54,771 nt of DNA from Parcubacteria group bacterium (GCA_943356745.1 CALRFT010000005.1:1-54771), one strand, 5' to 3'. Positions 17,871-26,282 are shown, counted from the first letter of the stretch. Numbers and translations are program-made. Notes: a model not told the origin generated them from the letters alone.

Positions 17871-18392
17871 TTAGTTTTTACTATAAACTTCTAAATATTT
17901 TTCTTGTGGTTTATCATTCCTCTTTAAAGAAGAAACTAATCGTTCGAGAATTTTATAATTGATACTATTTTTATCTTCAAAAAGAATTAAAGCTGATTCC
18001 AAATTTATCAAATTATTATTAAAATAATCTCTTGTGCCTCTGACATATAGATACCAGTCAGATTTATCGTCAATTTCTCGTAATATTTCCTCCGCTTTAT
18101 TGAATGATTCAGAATCAAGGAATCCTTGTCCCTTGTGAAAATAAAAAAATGCGAGAAGTTTTTTATACGATTCTAAGACTTCAGGGTTTTCAGTGGCTAG
18201 TTTTTCAACCTTATCAAAAATCTCTTTATCCTCGAGTAATTCTATATTTACCTCAGCATTTTCTGTATGGTTTCCCTCTTGATCAATTTTCAAAATAGCA
18301 TCACGAAAATCTAAAGGAGTTATTTTACCTTCTAAAAATTTTCTCTTTAAAATTTCATGTCTATTTTCTTGGGATGGTTTAAATTGTTCCAT
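17871..18392 (-). CDS. hypothetical protein, first gene of the T-box-controlled aspS operon
   Basis: ATG at 18392 (MEQFKPSQ...) directly follows the leader terminator. The stop abuts the aspS start. Confidence 0.6.
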   Translation of the reverse strand: MEQFKPSQENRHEILKRKFLEGKITPLDFRDAILKIDQEGNHTENAEVNIELLEDKEIFDKVEKLATENPEVLESYKKLLAFFYFHKGQGFLDSESFNKAEEILREIDDKSDWYLYVRGTRDYFNNNLINLESALILFEDKNSINYKILERLVSSLKRNDKPQEKYLEVYSKN

Positions 18393-18535
18393 AAAAAAAA
18401 TACCCCACAAAGACTAATAATCTTTGTGAGGACGATTTTTTGGACCGCGGTGCCACCTCACATTCCCTAGCGAGCGCTAGGACACTTTTATAGAATTTGG
18501 AGTCTCCACCCTTGTCATCGGGTTTCTTTGACTCT
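18393..18535 (-). promoter_or_regulatory. T-box riboswitch leader, probable Asp specifier
   Basis: The minus-sense RNA contains the T-box sequence AAUGUGAGGUGGCACCGCGG. The antiterminator 3' strand CCUCAC is shared with an 11-bp terminator stem (CCUCACAAAGA/UCUUUGUGGGG) followed by U8. Stem III is CCUAGC/GCUAGG. Short Stem I is GAGUC...GACUC with apical loop GAUGACAA. Confidence 0.78.
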
Positions 18536-18624
18536 TTCATTATACATGTTTTGATATTTTTTTCTATATATTGACAAATTATTAATATAATATATTATCT
18601 AACCAAATTAAAACCCGTACAAAA

Positions 18625-19005
18625 ATGCACTACGATCAATTATTTGAAGGATGCTTTATAGTCTCAGACTATAACTCTTTAAAACAACGACTTGTTGGAG
18701 TTATTCAAAACCTAACACCAGATGGAGAAGAGACTGCTAACTATGACCGCAAATATGAGATTTTCTTTCCAGAATTAAATGAACAAAAAAAATCTATTTG
18801 TTTTGGTTCTGGAGTAACAGAAGAAGCAGTATTTCTACCAAAAGAAGAAGCATTAAAACTTTTGAATGATCTAATACCTTCTTACACTTTAGATATTCAA
18901 GACAAAAAAATCAGCATCTCAAAAATCGAAATAGAAATTGCTGAATTTGAAAAACGGAAAATTTATATCGAAAATTTTCTTACAGAACTAGAGTTTGTGA
19001 AATAA
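18625..19005 (+). CDS. acidic hypothetical protein
   Basis: 126-aa ORF with a TTGACA promoter region upstream, TTAAAACCC 8 nt before the ATG, and its own terminator. Confidence 0.6.
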   Translation: MHYDQLFEGCFIVSDYNSLKQRLVGVIQNLTPDGEETANYDRKYEIFFPELNEQKKSICFGSGVTEEAVFLPKEEALKLLNDLIPSYTLDIQDKKISISKIEIEIAEFEKRKIYIENFLTELEFVK

Positions 19006-19006
19006 T

Positions 19007-19058
19007 GTTTAAGAAACCAAAAGAGTCGCGCGAAGCGCGACTCTTTTTTCTTTATATT
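19007..19058 (+). repeat. 52-nt terminator module, copy A
   Basis: GTTTAAGAAACCAAAAGAGTCGCGCGAAGCGCGACTCTTTTTTCTTT. Near-identical copy at 19503..19554, with a compensatory stem change. Confidence 0.8.
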
Positions 19059-19065
19059 GCTATAA

Positions 19066-19094
19066 TTGACAAGTATTTGAAATATAGGTAATAT
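19066..19094 (+). promoter_or_regulatory. sigma70-type promoter
   Basis: TTGACA-17-TAATAT. Confidence 0.6.
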
Positions 19095-19124
19095 TTTAAA
19101 AGAATTTTAAAACCCTATAAATTT

Positions 19125-19508
19125 ATGCACCCTATGGTTCGTTCTTTGTTTAAAGCAAAAAAAGCAACAAAAAAACCCGAAACAAAAAAGAAAGAATTCC
19201 CTGTGATTCTGACTCTGTCAGACATTACCAAAAAGCCGACATTGTCTCTCTCGAGAGAATCCAATGTCTACTATCATTTTTCTGTTTCAGCGCCCACTCA
19301 TGGGAAGCTACCTTCAAAAATTCGAAAAGGTAAAAAAACATTACCTTTCCCTTCCCAAATCAGAATCAAGAAAGGAAGATTCCAAATGCAAGGTAAAGTT
19401 GGCGATTCTATTCAGGGAACCATTTCATGGGATGGTTCAAAATTCAGAAATCCTGAAGCAAAAACTTTTGTTGTTACAGCAACCAAGAAAAAACTGCAGG
19501 TTGTTTAG
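19125..19508 (+). CDS. basic (Lys-rich) hypothetical protein
   Basis: 127-aa ORF with a consensus promoter, TTAAAACCC 9 nt before the ATG, and its own terminator. Confidence 0.6.
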   Translation: MHPMVRSLFKAKKATKKPETKKKEFPVILTLSDITKKPTLSLSRESNVYYHFSVSAPTHGKLPSKIRKGKKTLPFPSQIRIKKGRFQMQGKVGDSIQGTISWDGSKFRNPEAKTFVVTATKKKLQVV

Positions 19509-19554
19509 GAAACCAAAAGAGTCGCACGAAGTGCGACTCTTTTTTCTTTTTCTA
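19503..19554 (+). repeat. 52-nt terminator module, copy B
   Basis: GTTTAGGAAACCAAAAGAGTCGCACGAAGTGCGACTCTTTTTTCTTT. The G-C pair of copy A is replaced by A-T, so the stem is preserved. Confidence 0.8.
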
Positions 19555-20043
19555 TTTCAAAAAACTATCAAACTTCACCGCGTGACAAGTATACCCTTCT
19601 GGATAGTGTTGCAAGTAGTCTTGATGTTCTTCTTCTGCTGGCCAAAAAGTTTGAAACTCTTCAAGTGTTGTTACAACAAGATCTTTCCAAACCCCGCTTG
19701 TATCAACAAGCTTGATAAAATCTTCTGCTTCTTTTTTCTCTGCTTCATTTTGATAAAAGATAACAGAACGATATGAGGTACCAATATCATTTCCCTGTCT
19801 GTTTTTTGTGGTTGGGTTGTGAATACGAAAAAAGAAATCCAAAAGATGTTTGAAATCTGTCAGGTTTGGATCATAAACAACCTTCAGAGTTTCGGCGTGA
19901 CCTTCATGATTTCTGTATGTTGGGTTTTCATTTTCACCTCCACAGTATCCTGTTTCTGTATCCAAAACTCCTTTTTCTTTTCGAAAGAGTTCTTCCATTC
20001 CCCAAAAACATCCGCCACCAAGATATATTGTTTGTGTGTTCAT
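19552..20043 (-). CDS. msrA: peptide-methionine (S)-S-oxide reductase
   Basis: MNTQTIYLGGGCFWGMEELF carries the GCFWG active site. Start set at the ATG at 20043. Confidence 0.92.
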   Translation of the reverse strand: MNTQTIYLGGGCFWGMEELFRKEKGVLDTETGYCGGENENPTYRNHEGHAETLKVVYDPNLTDFKHLLDFFFRIHNPTTKNRQGNDIGTSYRSVIFYQNEAEKKEAEDFIKLVDTSGVWKDLVVTTLEEFQTFWPAEEEHQDYLQHYPEGYTCHAVKFDSFLK

Positions 20044-20063
20044 ATGCTTTAAGAATACCACAA

Positions 20064-20094
20064 AACAAAAACCCCGTTGTCGGGGCTTTTTGTT
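20064..20094 (-). terminator. intrinsic terminator
   Basis: Minus-sense GCCCCG-ACAA-CGGGGU followed by UUUU. Confidence 0.7.
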
Positions 20095-20448
20095 TTATGC
20101 ATGTTTTTTTCGATTCCAAAATATCCAGAAAAATGCACCTGTAGCAAGGAAAGAAAATCCTTGAATCAAATTTCTCTTCAGATTGTTTTCCTGCATTGTT
20201 ATCTCTTGTGCTGTTCGCTTTGCAATACAATCTTGCTTTGCCTCTTCATCCAGCTGTATATCTTTTCCTAGAGATTGGTCGAATTTATACATACAACCAT
20301 CTTCGACATATGAAAGATCTGGTTCAATGATAAAGTATTCTAAAGTAGAACCAATAGTCATCACACCTCCGATTGCTACAAACAAGATTCCAATCAAGAG
20401 TCCCGCTGTTGGGACGATTTTTTTAATCCATTCCATAATATTTGACAA
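20095..20448 (-). CDS. two-TM membrane protein, hypothetical
   Basis: N-terminal and C-terminal hydrophobic helices flank a Cys-containing loop. Confidence 0.6.
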   Translation of the reverse strand: MSNIMEWIKKIVPTAGLLIGILFVAIGGVMTIGSTLEYFIIEPDLSYVEDGCMYKFDQSLGKDIQLDEEAKQDCIAKRTAQEITMQENNLKRNLIQGFSFLATGAFFWIFWNRKKHA

Positions 20449-20529
20449 AAAATATTTTATAAGTATAATTTTTTCAATAGTACGCGAGTATCTGAGCTCG
20501 CAAACTGGTTATTTAATTTTTCAAGTATA

Positions 20530-20561
20530 GTGAAAACCTTTCCGAAACGTCGGGAAGGTTT
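20530..20561 (-). terminator. intrinsic terminator
   Basis: AACCTTTCCG-N6-CGGGAAGGTT hairpin just 3' of the SIMPL gene. Confidence 0.65.
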
Positions 20562-21302
20562 TTATTTTGCTTTAAATGTTGCTCGAACTGTTACCATGAT
20601 TTCTTTTTCTGGAGTTGAAGTGTCATATGAACCATAGTCTGAAACTTCAAGTGAGTTTGGCGCAAGCACCTGCACTACACCACTTGATGCAGAAAGAAGT
20701 TTTCCAACTCGTCCACCTGCTCCTTTTGCAATTTCCGCAGCTCGTCTTTTCGCATCTTTTACAGCTTCTGCAGTGAGATCGATTCGAGCTTGTGCAAGTT
20801 CTCCGTAGTAGTATTGAACACCAAAACTTTGGTACAACACTCCACTATTGATAAGTGAACCTGAATCATTTGCAACTTTTGCAGCCTTGTCGATATCGTT
20901 TGTGTCAATTCGAACTTCTTGACGAAGATCGTATCGCTTTGGTTGGTTTTGTGCCCCCTCATAATAATCATATCTTTCGTTAAGAGATACTGGGAGAATT
21001 TCAAATTCTTCTTCTGTGAGTCCATTCTTAATGAAGAATTCTCGAACTTTTGCTCCGTCATTTTTCATTGCAGTGTAACCACTCGCAAGCGCGTTTTCTG
21101 AAACTGTTCGAGAGAAAGATGCATTAATTTTTGCAGTGTCTGACATAACAGTCATTTTTGCAGAACCTGTTGAGGAAAGAGTATCATTTCCTGCACGAAT
21201 TTTTGAGATAAAAACTCCACCAATAAGAGAACCAACAATGAAAGCAACAGACAGAACAAGAGCTGGAGCAACAAAGGGTTTTTCAAAGATATTTTTAAAC
21301 AT
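20562..21302 (-). CDS. membrane-anchored SIMPL/DUF541-like protein
   Basis: N-terminal TM helix, ~220-aa domain, and overall length and pattern as in BP26/SIMPL proteins. Remembered similarity only. Confidence 0.55.
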   Translation of the reverse strand: MFKNIFEKPFVAPALVLSVAFIVGSLIGGVFISKIRAGNDTLSSTGSAKMTVMSDTAKINASFSRTVSENALASGYTAMKNDGAKVREFFIKNGLTEEEFEILPVSLNERYDYYEGAQNQPKRYDLRQEVRIDTNDIDKAAKVANDSGSLINSGVLYQSFGVQYYYGELAQARIDLTAEAVKDAKRRAAEIAKGAGGRVGKLLSASSGVVQVLAPNSLEVSDYGSYDTSTPEKEIMVTVRATFKAK

Positions 21303-21427
21303 AGAGTATATATAACTAGATTATCTGTTAATGACTTCATTATACAGTAAAACCATTTTTTATTGAAATATGATATTCTATAGTGAAATGACTGAAGAAA
21401 AAAAAGACATTTAAAGAAAGACTCATA

Positions 21428-21979
21428 TTGGCATCACAATCCAGATATGGATCTTTTATTCTATATTTTGTTTCGTGTATTGAATCAATCTTTTTCCCTA
21501 TTCCGCCGGATTTTCTCATGATTCCAATGGTTGTCAGTAAGTCATCTTCATGGAAAAAACTAGCACTCGGGGTAACTATATTTTCAATAGTTGGAGCCTT
21601 CATTGGATACCTCATTGGTTCAGTTTTTTTTGATACTGCTGGACAATGGATCATGAATACCTATTCACTCCAAGATGAATTTCAAACCGTTCAAAATTTT
21701 TATCAACAAAATGCATTTTGGAGTATCATCGTTGCAGGATTCACACCAATTCCCTACAAGGTATTCACCATTACTTCAGGAATGTTTGATGTAAATCTTT
21801 TTATCTTTTTTATTGCAAGTATTATTGGACGAGGAGCTCGATTTTTCTTGGTTGGATATCTTGCGAGTGTGGGAGGCAATCAAGCTTTTTGGTCATATCT
21901 CAAAAAACTTAAACTTTCAACTTGGATTATAATTGCAATTGTTTCTCTCTTTTTTGGATACTGGTTTTTGATCAAATAA
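21428..21979 (+). CDS. YqaA/DedA-related (VTT-domain) membrane protein
   Basis: ...CIESIFFPIPPDFLMIPM... and ...GFTPIPYKVFTITSG... motifs. TTG start. Confidence 0.72.
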   Translation: MASQSRYGSFILYFVSCIESIFFPIPPDFLMIPMVVSKSSSWKKLALGVTIFSIVGAFIGYLIGSVFFDTAGQWIMNTYSLQDEFQTVQNFYQQNAFWSIIVAGFTPIPYKVFTITSGMFDVNLFIFFIASIIGRGARFFLVGYLASVGGNQAFWSYLKKLKLSTWIIIAIVSLFFGYWFLIK

Positions 21980-22006
21980 AAAAGCCGCGACGAAGTCGCG
22001 GCTTTT
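21978..22006. terminator. bidirectional intrinsic terminator
   Basis: AAAAAAGCCGCGAC-GAA-GTCGCGGCTTTT. Confidence 0.8.
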
Positions 22007-22030
22007 CACAATACAACAAACATTACAGTT

Positions 22031-22717
22031 CTAGACAGAAACGGCAGATTTTGAACCTTTCTTTACAGTTCTTCTGTGTACTTTCCCTGAAAGATCTTGA
22101 ACGTCTTTTGGCTTGTTGGCCACATATTCAATTCTTCCATTAAAAATATCCAAAACCTCTTTTTTCTTTGCGGGAAATCGATCCAAGAATTCTTCGCTCA
22201 GGATTTTCTTTCTTTTGGAAATACTTTTCGGTGAATCTGGATCTGAGAAATAAATATTCCATTTGTTTTTTTCAGATCGCTGGAGAATCATATATTCACC
22301 ACTGTCAGTTCTTGGATGTTTAAGCAAAACATTCACAAGGAAGCCCGTAACGGTTTCAACACGATCTTTCATTCCATCCCATTTTTTGAAATAGATTCCA
22401 AACACTCTTTTGTGTTTATATATGGTCTTTACCTGAACAGTAACCTGACCATGTTGAGTGAACGTTTTTGTTTCTTTGTTGAACCTTGGAATAACTTCAA
22501 GAAAATAACCAGACATGAAAGGTTTTCGAAATACTGGACAACCATCACCCTCTTCTTGTCTTTGTGTTACCGGCTTTGAAATTTTCATCGCTTTTCGTTC
22601 GAGTGCAAGCTCTTGCGGAGCAACAATCTCAAAACCTAGTTTTGTTAAAAAATTTGAAATGTTAGTAAACATATCATACTGATTTTCAGATGAAAGTTGT
22701 AATAATGATTGACTCAT
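22031..22717 (-). CDS. hypothetical protein
   Basis: 228-aa ORF with a basic C-terminus. No family recognised. Confidence 0.6.
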   Translation of the reverse strand: MSQSLLQLSSENQYDMFTNISNFLTKLGFEIVAPQELALERKAMKISKPVTQRQEEGDGCPVFRKPFMSGYFLEVIPRFNKETKTFTQHGQVTVQVKTIYKHKRVFGIYFKKWDGMKDRVETVTGFLVNVLLKHPRTDSGEYMILQRSEKNKWNIYFSDPDSPKSISKRKKILSEEFLDRFPAKKKEVLDIFNGRIEYVANKPKDVQDLSGKVHRRTVKKGSKSAVSV

Positions 22718-22770
22718 TGTTTGTATTGGTTTTTGGTTTGTACTTATATTTTCTTTTGAAAATTACCATA

Positions 22771-22805
22771 AACAAAAAGAAAAAGCCAGCGAAACGCTGG
22801 CTTTT
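22771..22805 (-). terminator. intrinsic terminator
   Basis: AAAGCCAGCG-AAA-CGCTGGCTTT. Confidence 0.75.
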
Positions 22806-22828
22806 GGATCAAGAAGAAAAATTATTTT

Positions 22829-23038
22829 TTATTCAAGCTTTGATAGTTCTTTTTTGCAATCACGAAGATGACTTTCGTAAGCGAGAAGGCTGACATTGTG
22901 AGGCCCAGCACCTTTTTTCTTCTCAGTCTCAATGAGTGCTTCATAAGTATTAATTTTTCTTTCTAGGGATTTCTTTTCCCGTTTAATTTTTCCTTCTAGG
23001 GATTTCTTTTCCCATTTTTCTTTTAAATTTTTAAGCAT
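22829..23038 (-). CDS. small coiled-coil protein, hypothetical
   Basis: 69-aa Lys/Glu-rich ORF with an internal duplicated KKSLE(G/R)KI unit. A terminator follows. Confidence 0.45.
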   Translation of the reverse strand: MLKNLKEKWEKKSLEGKIKREKKSLERKINTYEALIETEKKKGAGPHNVSLLAYESHLRDCKKELSKLE

Positions 23039-23103
23039 AGGACTATAGGGTTTGACTGTACACTAACACACTTTGTTGTAAATGTAAATATAAAGCAGCG
23101 GGA

Positions 23104-24081
23104 CTAAAGTCCCGCTGCTTTTCGTACTTCTTTCATCATTGGTTCCACCTTTTTTCGAGCCTGCTTCGCTCCTTTTACAAGAATTGCCTCTACTTTTTTA
23201 GGATGCTTTTGAAAATATTCATATTTCTCTCTCATTGGTTTGAAATATTCCAATACTTTTCGAAGAAGCTCTTTCTTTGCATCTCCGTAGCCCATTCCTC
23301 CCTTTTCCAAAAAACTTCGCATCTGTTCTTTTTCTTCTTGAGTTGCGACCAATTTGTAGATTTGATAAATCACAACCTCTTCAGGATTTTTTGGATCCGC
23401 TGGAGATTTTGAATCTGTCACAATAGACATCACTGCTTTTGAAATTTCTTCGTCTGTTCCAAAGAGTGGAATTACATTGTTGTAACTCTTTGACATTTTT
23501 TGACCGTCAATTCCTGGGACTGTTTCAACTTCTTCAACAATCAATTCTTGCGGTTCTTTAAAAATAGAAACGTTGTATGTTCGATTAAATTTTTGTCCAA
23601 TCTCTCGAGCCATTTCAACATGTTGCTTTTGATCTTTTCCTACCGGAACAACATCTGCGTTATACATGAGAATGTCAGCAGCCATGAGAAGTGGGTATGT
23701 AAATGTACCAACAGAAATTTCCTTACTTTTTGCTTCAGCATCTTTAAACGCATGAGCACGCATCAAATATGGCATGGTGGTTTGAGAAGAAAAAATCCAA
23801 GAAAGTTCTGCAAGTTCTGGGAAAGCTGATTGCTTAAACAAAACTGTTTTCTTTGGATTGAGTCCTATTGCAAGATATGCACAGATGAGATCAAAAGATG
23901 ATTTCTCCATCGCCTCTTTTTCTTGCATTGAATTTAAAGCATGGTAGTTTGCCAAAAAAACATATGATTCATATGTTCCAGAATTTTGAAGATCTACAAA
24001 CTGCTTCATTGCCCCAAAATAGTTTCCAAGATGAAGACGCCCTGTTGGTTTTACCCCTGAAAGTAAGGTTTTCTTTGTCAT
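23104..24081 (-). CDS. trpS: tryptophanyl-tRNA synthetase
   Basis: SGVKPTGRLHLGNYFGA (HIGH-type) and KMSKS motifs. 325 aa. Confidence 0.93.
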   Translation of the reverse strand: MTKKTLLSGVKPTGRLHLGNYFGAMKQFVDLQNSGTYESYVFLANYHALNSMQEKEAMEKSSFDLICAYLAIGLNPKKTVLFKQSAFPELAELSWIFSSQTTMPYLMRAHAFKDAEAKSKEISVGTFTYPLLMAADILMYNADVVPVGKDQKQHVEMAREIGQKFNRTYNVSIFKEPQELIVEEVETVPGIDGQKMSKSYNNVIPLFGTDEEISKAVMSIVTDSKSPADPKNPEEVVIYQIYKLVATQEEKEQMRSFLEKGGMGYGDAKKELLRKVLEYFKPMREKYEYFQKHPKKVEAILVKGAKQARKKVEPMMKEVRKAAGL

Positions 24082-24107
24082 GTAAACATTGTATCAAAAA
24101 TGAAAGA

Positions 24108-24137
24108 ATAAAAAAACCAGCTCAAATGTGAACTGGT
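24108..24137 (-). terminator. intrinsic terminator lying upstream of the trpS start
   Basis: Minus-sense CCAGUU-CACAUUUG-AGCUGG followed by U7. The G-U pair makes it strand-specific. Confidence 0.6.
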
Positions 24138-24181
24138 CTTGGTTGCAAATTTTCCCTTGCAGAAAATTTACTTTTTGTTCT
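24108..24181 (-). ncRNA. candidate ~75-nt terminated transcript or leader upstream of trpS
   Basis: TGTATAAT (-10 at 24188-24193), hairpin UGCAA-GGGAAAAU-UUGCA (24144-24161), then the terminator. Contains no ORF. Confidence 0.3.
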
Positions 24182-24272
24182 AAAGATATTATACACCTAA
24201 AACATTTCCACTCTTTCCACACAGATCTGTCTAGTCTTTTCAAACCAAGCCCTGTGCTAAAATACAAACACT

Positions 24273-25661
24273 ATGGCAGACAAAAAATCAATGCGAATTC
24301 CACCACAAAACCTTGATGCAGAGAAGGCGCTTCTTGGAGCGCTTATGCTCCGAAAAGAAGCGATCTACGATATCGAAGATTTGGTAGGTCCAGATACTTT
24401 TTATAGTGAAAAGCATCGAATTATTTTTCAGGCAATTATCAAACTTCACACAAAAAGTGAACCGGTAGATCTTTTGTCTCTTTCGACAAAACTCGAAGAA
24501 CTTGGGCAACTTGACCAGATCGGTGGACGAAGTTACCTTGCAGACCTTGCAGAATCTGTACCAGCATCAACAAATGCAAAACACTACGCAAAACTTCTTG
24601 AGAAAAAAGAAATTCAAAGAAAACTTATTGACGCTGGTGAATTTGTTTCTGAGCTTGGTTTTTCTGAGGGAGAAGATGAAATTCAAGACGTACTCGACAA
24701 GGCTGAAAAGAAAATTTTCGGAGTAACCAATGTTCCTCGTGGACAAAAGTTTATCAGTATCAAGCATTCTCTCGAAGAGACTTGGGCACAAATTGAAAAA
24801 CTTCAAGATTCCGAAGGAGAACTTCGAGGAGTTCCAAGTGGATACCCAGCACTCGACAATATGCTTGCTGGATTCCAAAAATCAGACCTTATCATTCTCG
24901 CAGCTCGTCCTTCTGTGGGAAAGACAACTCTTGCGCTTGATATCGCTCGAAATGCTGCGGTAAAGCATGGAATTTCTGTGGGAATTTTCTCTTTGGAAAT
25001 GAGTGCAGGACAACTTACTCAACGTATGCTTTCTGCACACTCAAAAGTTGATGCATGGAAACTTCGAACAGGAAAACTTTCTGCCGAACAAGAATTTCAA
25101 GCACTTTCAGAAGCTCTTCATGAACTTTCAAAAGCTCCAATCTATATTGATGATCAGGCTGGAAATAATATTACAAAAATGAAAGCTGCAGCTCGAAGAC
25201 TCAAAAGTGAACATGACTTGGGGCTTATCATGATTGACTATCTCCAGCTCATGACAACAAACAAAAACTACGACAACATGGTAAACCAGGTAACGGAAAT
25301 CTCTCGATCTCTCAAAGGACTTGCTCGTGAACTTGATGTACCAGTAATTGCCCTTTCACAGCTTTCTCGAGCTGTGGAAAGTCGTGGAGGAAAACCTCGT
25401 CTTTCTGACCTTCGAGATTCTGGATCAATCGAACAAGACGCCGATGTGGTAATGTTTATTCACCGAGAAGACCGAGCAGGAACACGAAGTGAAAATGAAA
25501 GTACAGGTATAGCAGAAATCTTGATTGAAAAACACCGAAATGGTCCTGTTGGAAAAGTTGATTTGTATTTCGATCAAAAGACGAGTTCATTTCTTTCTAT
25601 CGACAAAAACACACATCTCACTGGCCCAGCACCAAGTGATGATGGATTTGGAGGATTTTAA
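24273..25661 (+). CDS. dnaB: replicative DNA helicase
   Basis: PPQNLDAEKALLGALML N-terminus, Walker A ARPSVGKTT, and RecA-like C-terminal motifs. Confidence 0.95.
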   Translation: MADKKSMRIPPQNLDAEKALLGALMLRKEAIYDIEDLVGPDTFYSEKHRIIFQAIIKLHTKSEPVDLLSLSTKLEELGQLDQIGGRSYLADLAESVPASTNAKHYAKLLEKKEIQRKLIDAGEFVSELGFSEGEDEIQDVLDKAEKKIFGVTNVPRGQKFISIKHSLEETWAQIEKLQDSEGELRGVPSGYPALDNMLAGFQKSDLIILAARPSVGKTTLALDIARNAAVKHGISVGIFSLEMSAGQLTQRMLSAHSKVDAWKLRTGKLSAEQEFQALSEALHELSKAPIYIDDQAGNNITKMKAAARRLKSEHDLGLIMIDYLQLMTTNKNYDNMVNQVTEISRSLKGLARELDVPVIALSQLSRAVESRGGKPRLSDLRDSGSIEQDADVVMFIHREDRAGTRSENESTGIAEILIEKHRNGPVGKVDLYFDQKTSSFLSIDKNTHLTGPAPSDDGFGGF

Positions 25662-25663
25662 AT

Positions 25664-26281
25664 ATGACAGATCTCGAAAAACTTACAGAGCTATTTAAAC
25701 AATTTCCTGGAATTGGCGAACGACAAGCCAAGCGTTTTGTCTATTTCCTTCTCCGAAAAAGTCCGAGGTATCGTGAAGAACTTTCTGATGCAATCAAAAC
25801 AATCACTTCAAATATCAGACAATGCCCTGAGAGTTTTCAATATTTTTCTCCGAAGATGAAAGACCAAATACTTTCCCCTATTATTCTCGACACTTCTCGA
25901 GACAAAGGAAAACTTGTAGTGGTTGAACGAGATTCCGACCTTGAAGCAATCGAACGAAGTGGAGCCTTTGATGGACACTATTTTGTTCTCGGTGGAAGCA
26001 TCCCTATTCTTGAAAAAGAACCAAACAAAGCAGTGAGACTTCATGAGCTTTTAGCACAAGTTTCAAAACGCCTCCAAAATAAATCTCTTCGAGAAGTCAT
26101 TTTGGCATTTTCACTCACACCCCAAGGCGAACACACGGAAGATATTGTAAAGCAAGTACTTCTCGCACTCACAAACGGTTCAGTAAAAATTTCTGTTCTT
26201 GGACGAGGACTTTCAACTGGGTCTGAACTTGAATATACAGACAAGATGACGCTTGGAAACGCATTTGAAAATAGACATTAA
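25664..26281 (+). CDS. recR: recombination protein RecR (Cys4 zinc finger degenerate)
   Basis: FKQFPGIGERQAKRFVYFLL (HhH) and Toprim VVVERDSDLEAIE...YFVLGG. Only one Cys remains in the finger region. Confidence 0.9.
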   Translation: MTDLEKLTELFKQFPGIGERQAKRFVYFLLRKSPRYREELSDAIKTITSNIRQCPESFQYFSPKMKDQILSPIILDTSRDKGKLVVVERDSDLEAIERSGAFDGHYFVLGGSIPILEKEPNKAVRLHELLAQVSKRLQNKSLREVILAFSLTPQGEHTEDIVKQVLLALTNGSVKISVLGRGLSTGSELEYTDKMTLGNAFENRH

Positions 26282-26282
26282 A

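Noticed and set aside
19264-19776. 170-aa plus-strand ORF overlapping both the 19125 gene and msrA.
   Set aside because: It runs through a terminator and antisense into msrA. Its composition is low-complexity and Phe/Leu/Cys-rich, typical of an off-frame in AT-rich DNA.
21340-21654. 104-aa minus-strand ORF overlapping the start of the YqaA-like gene.
   Set aside because: It is antisense to a gene with recognisable YqaA/DedA motifs and has no independent signals.
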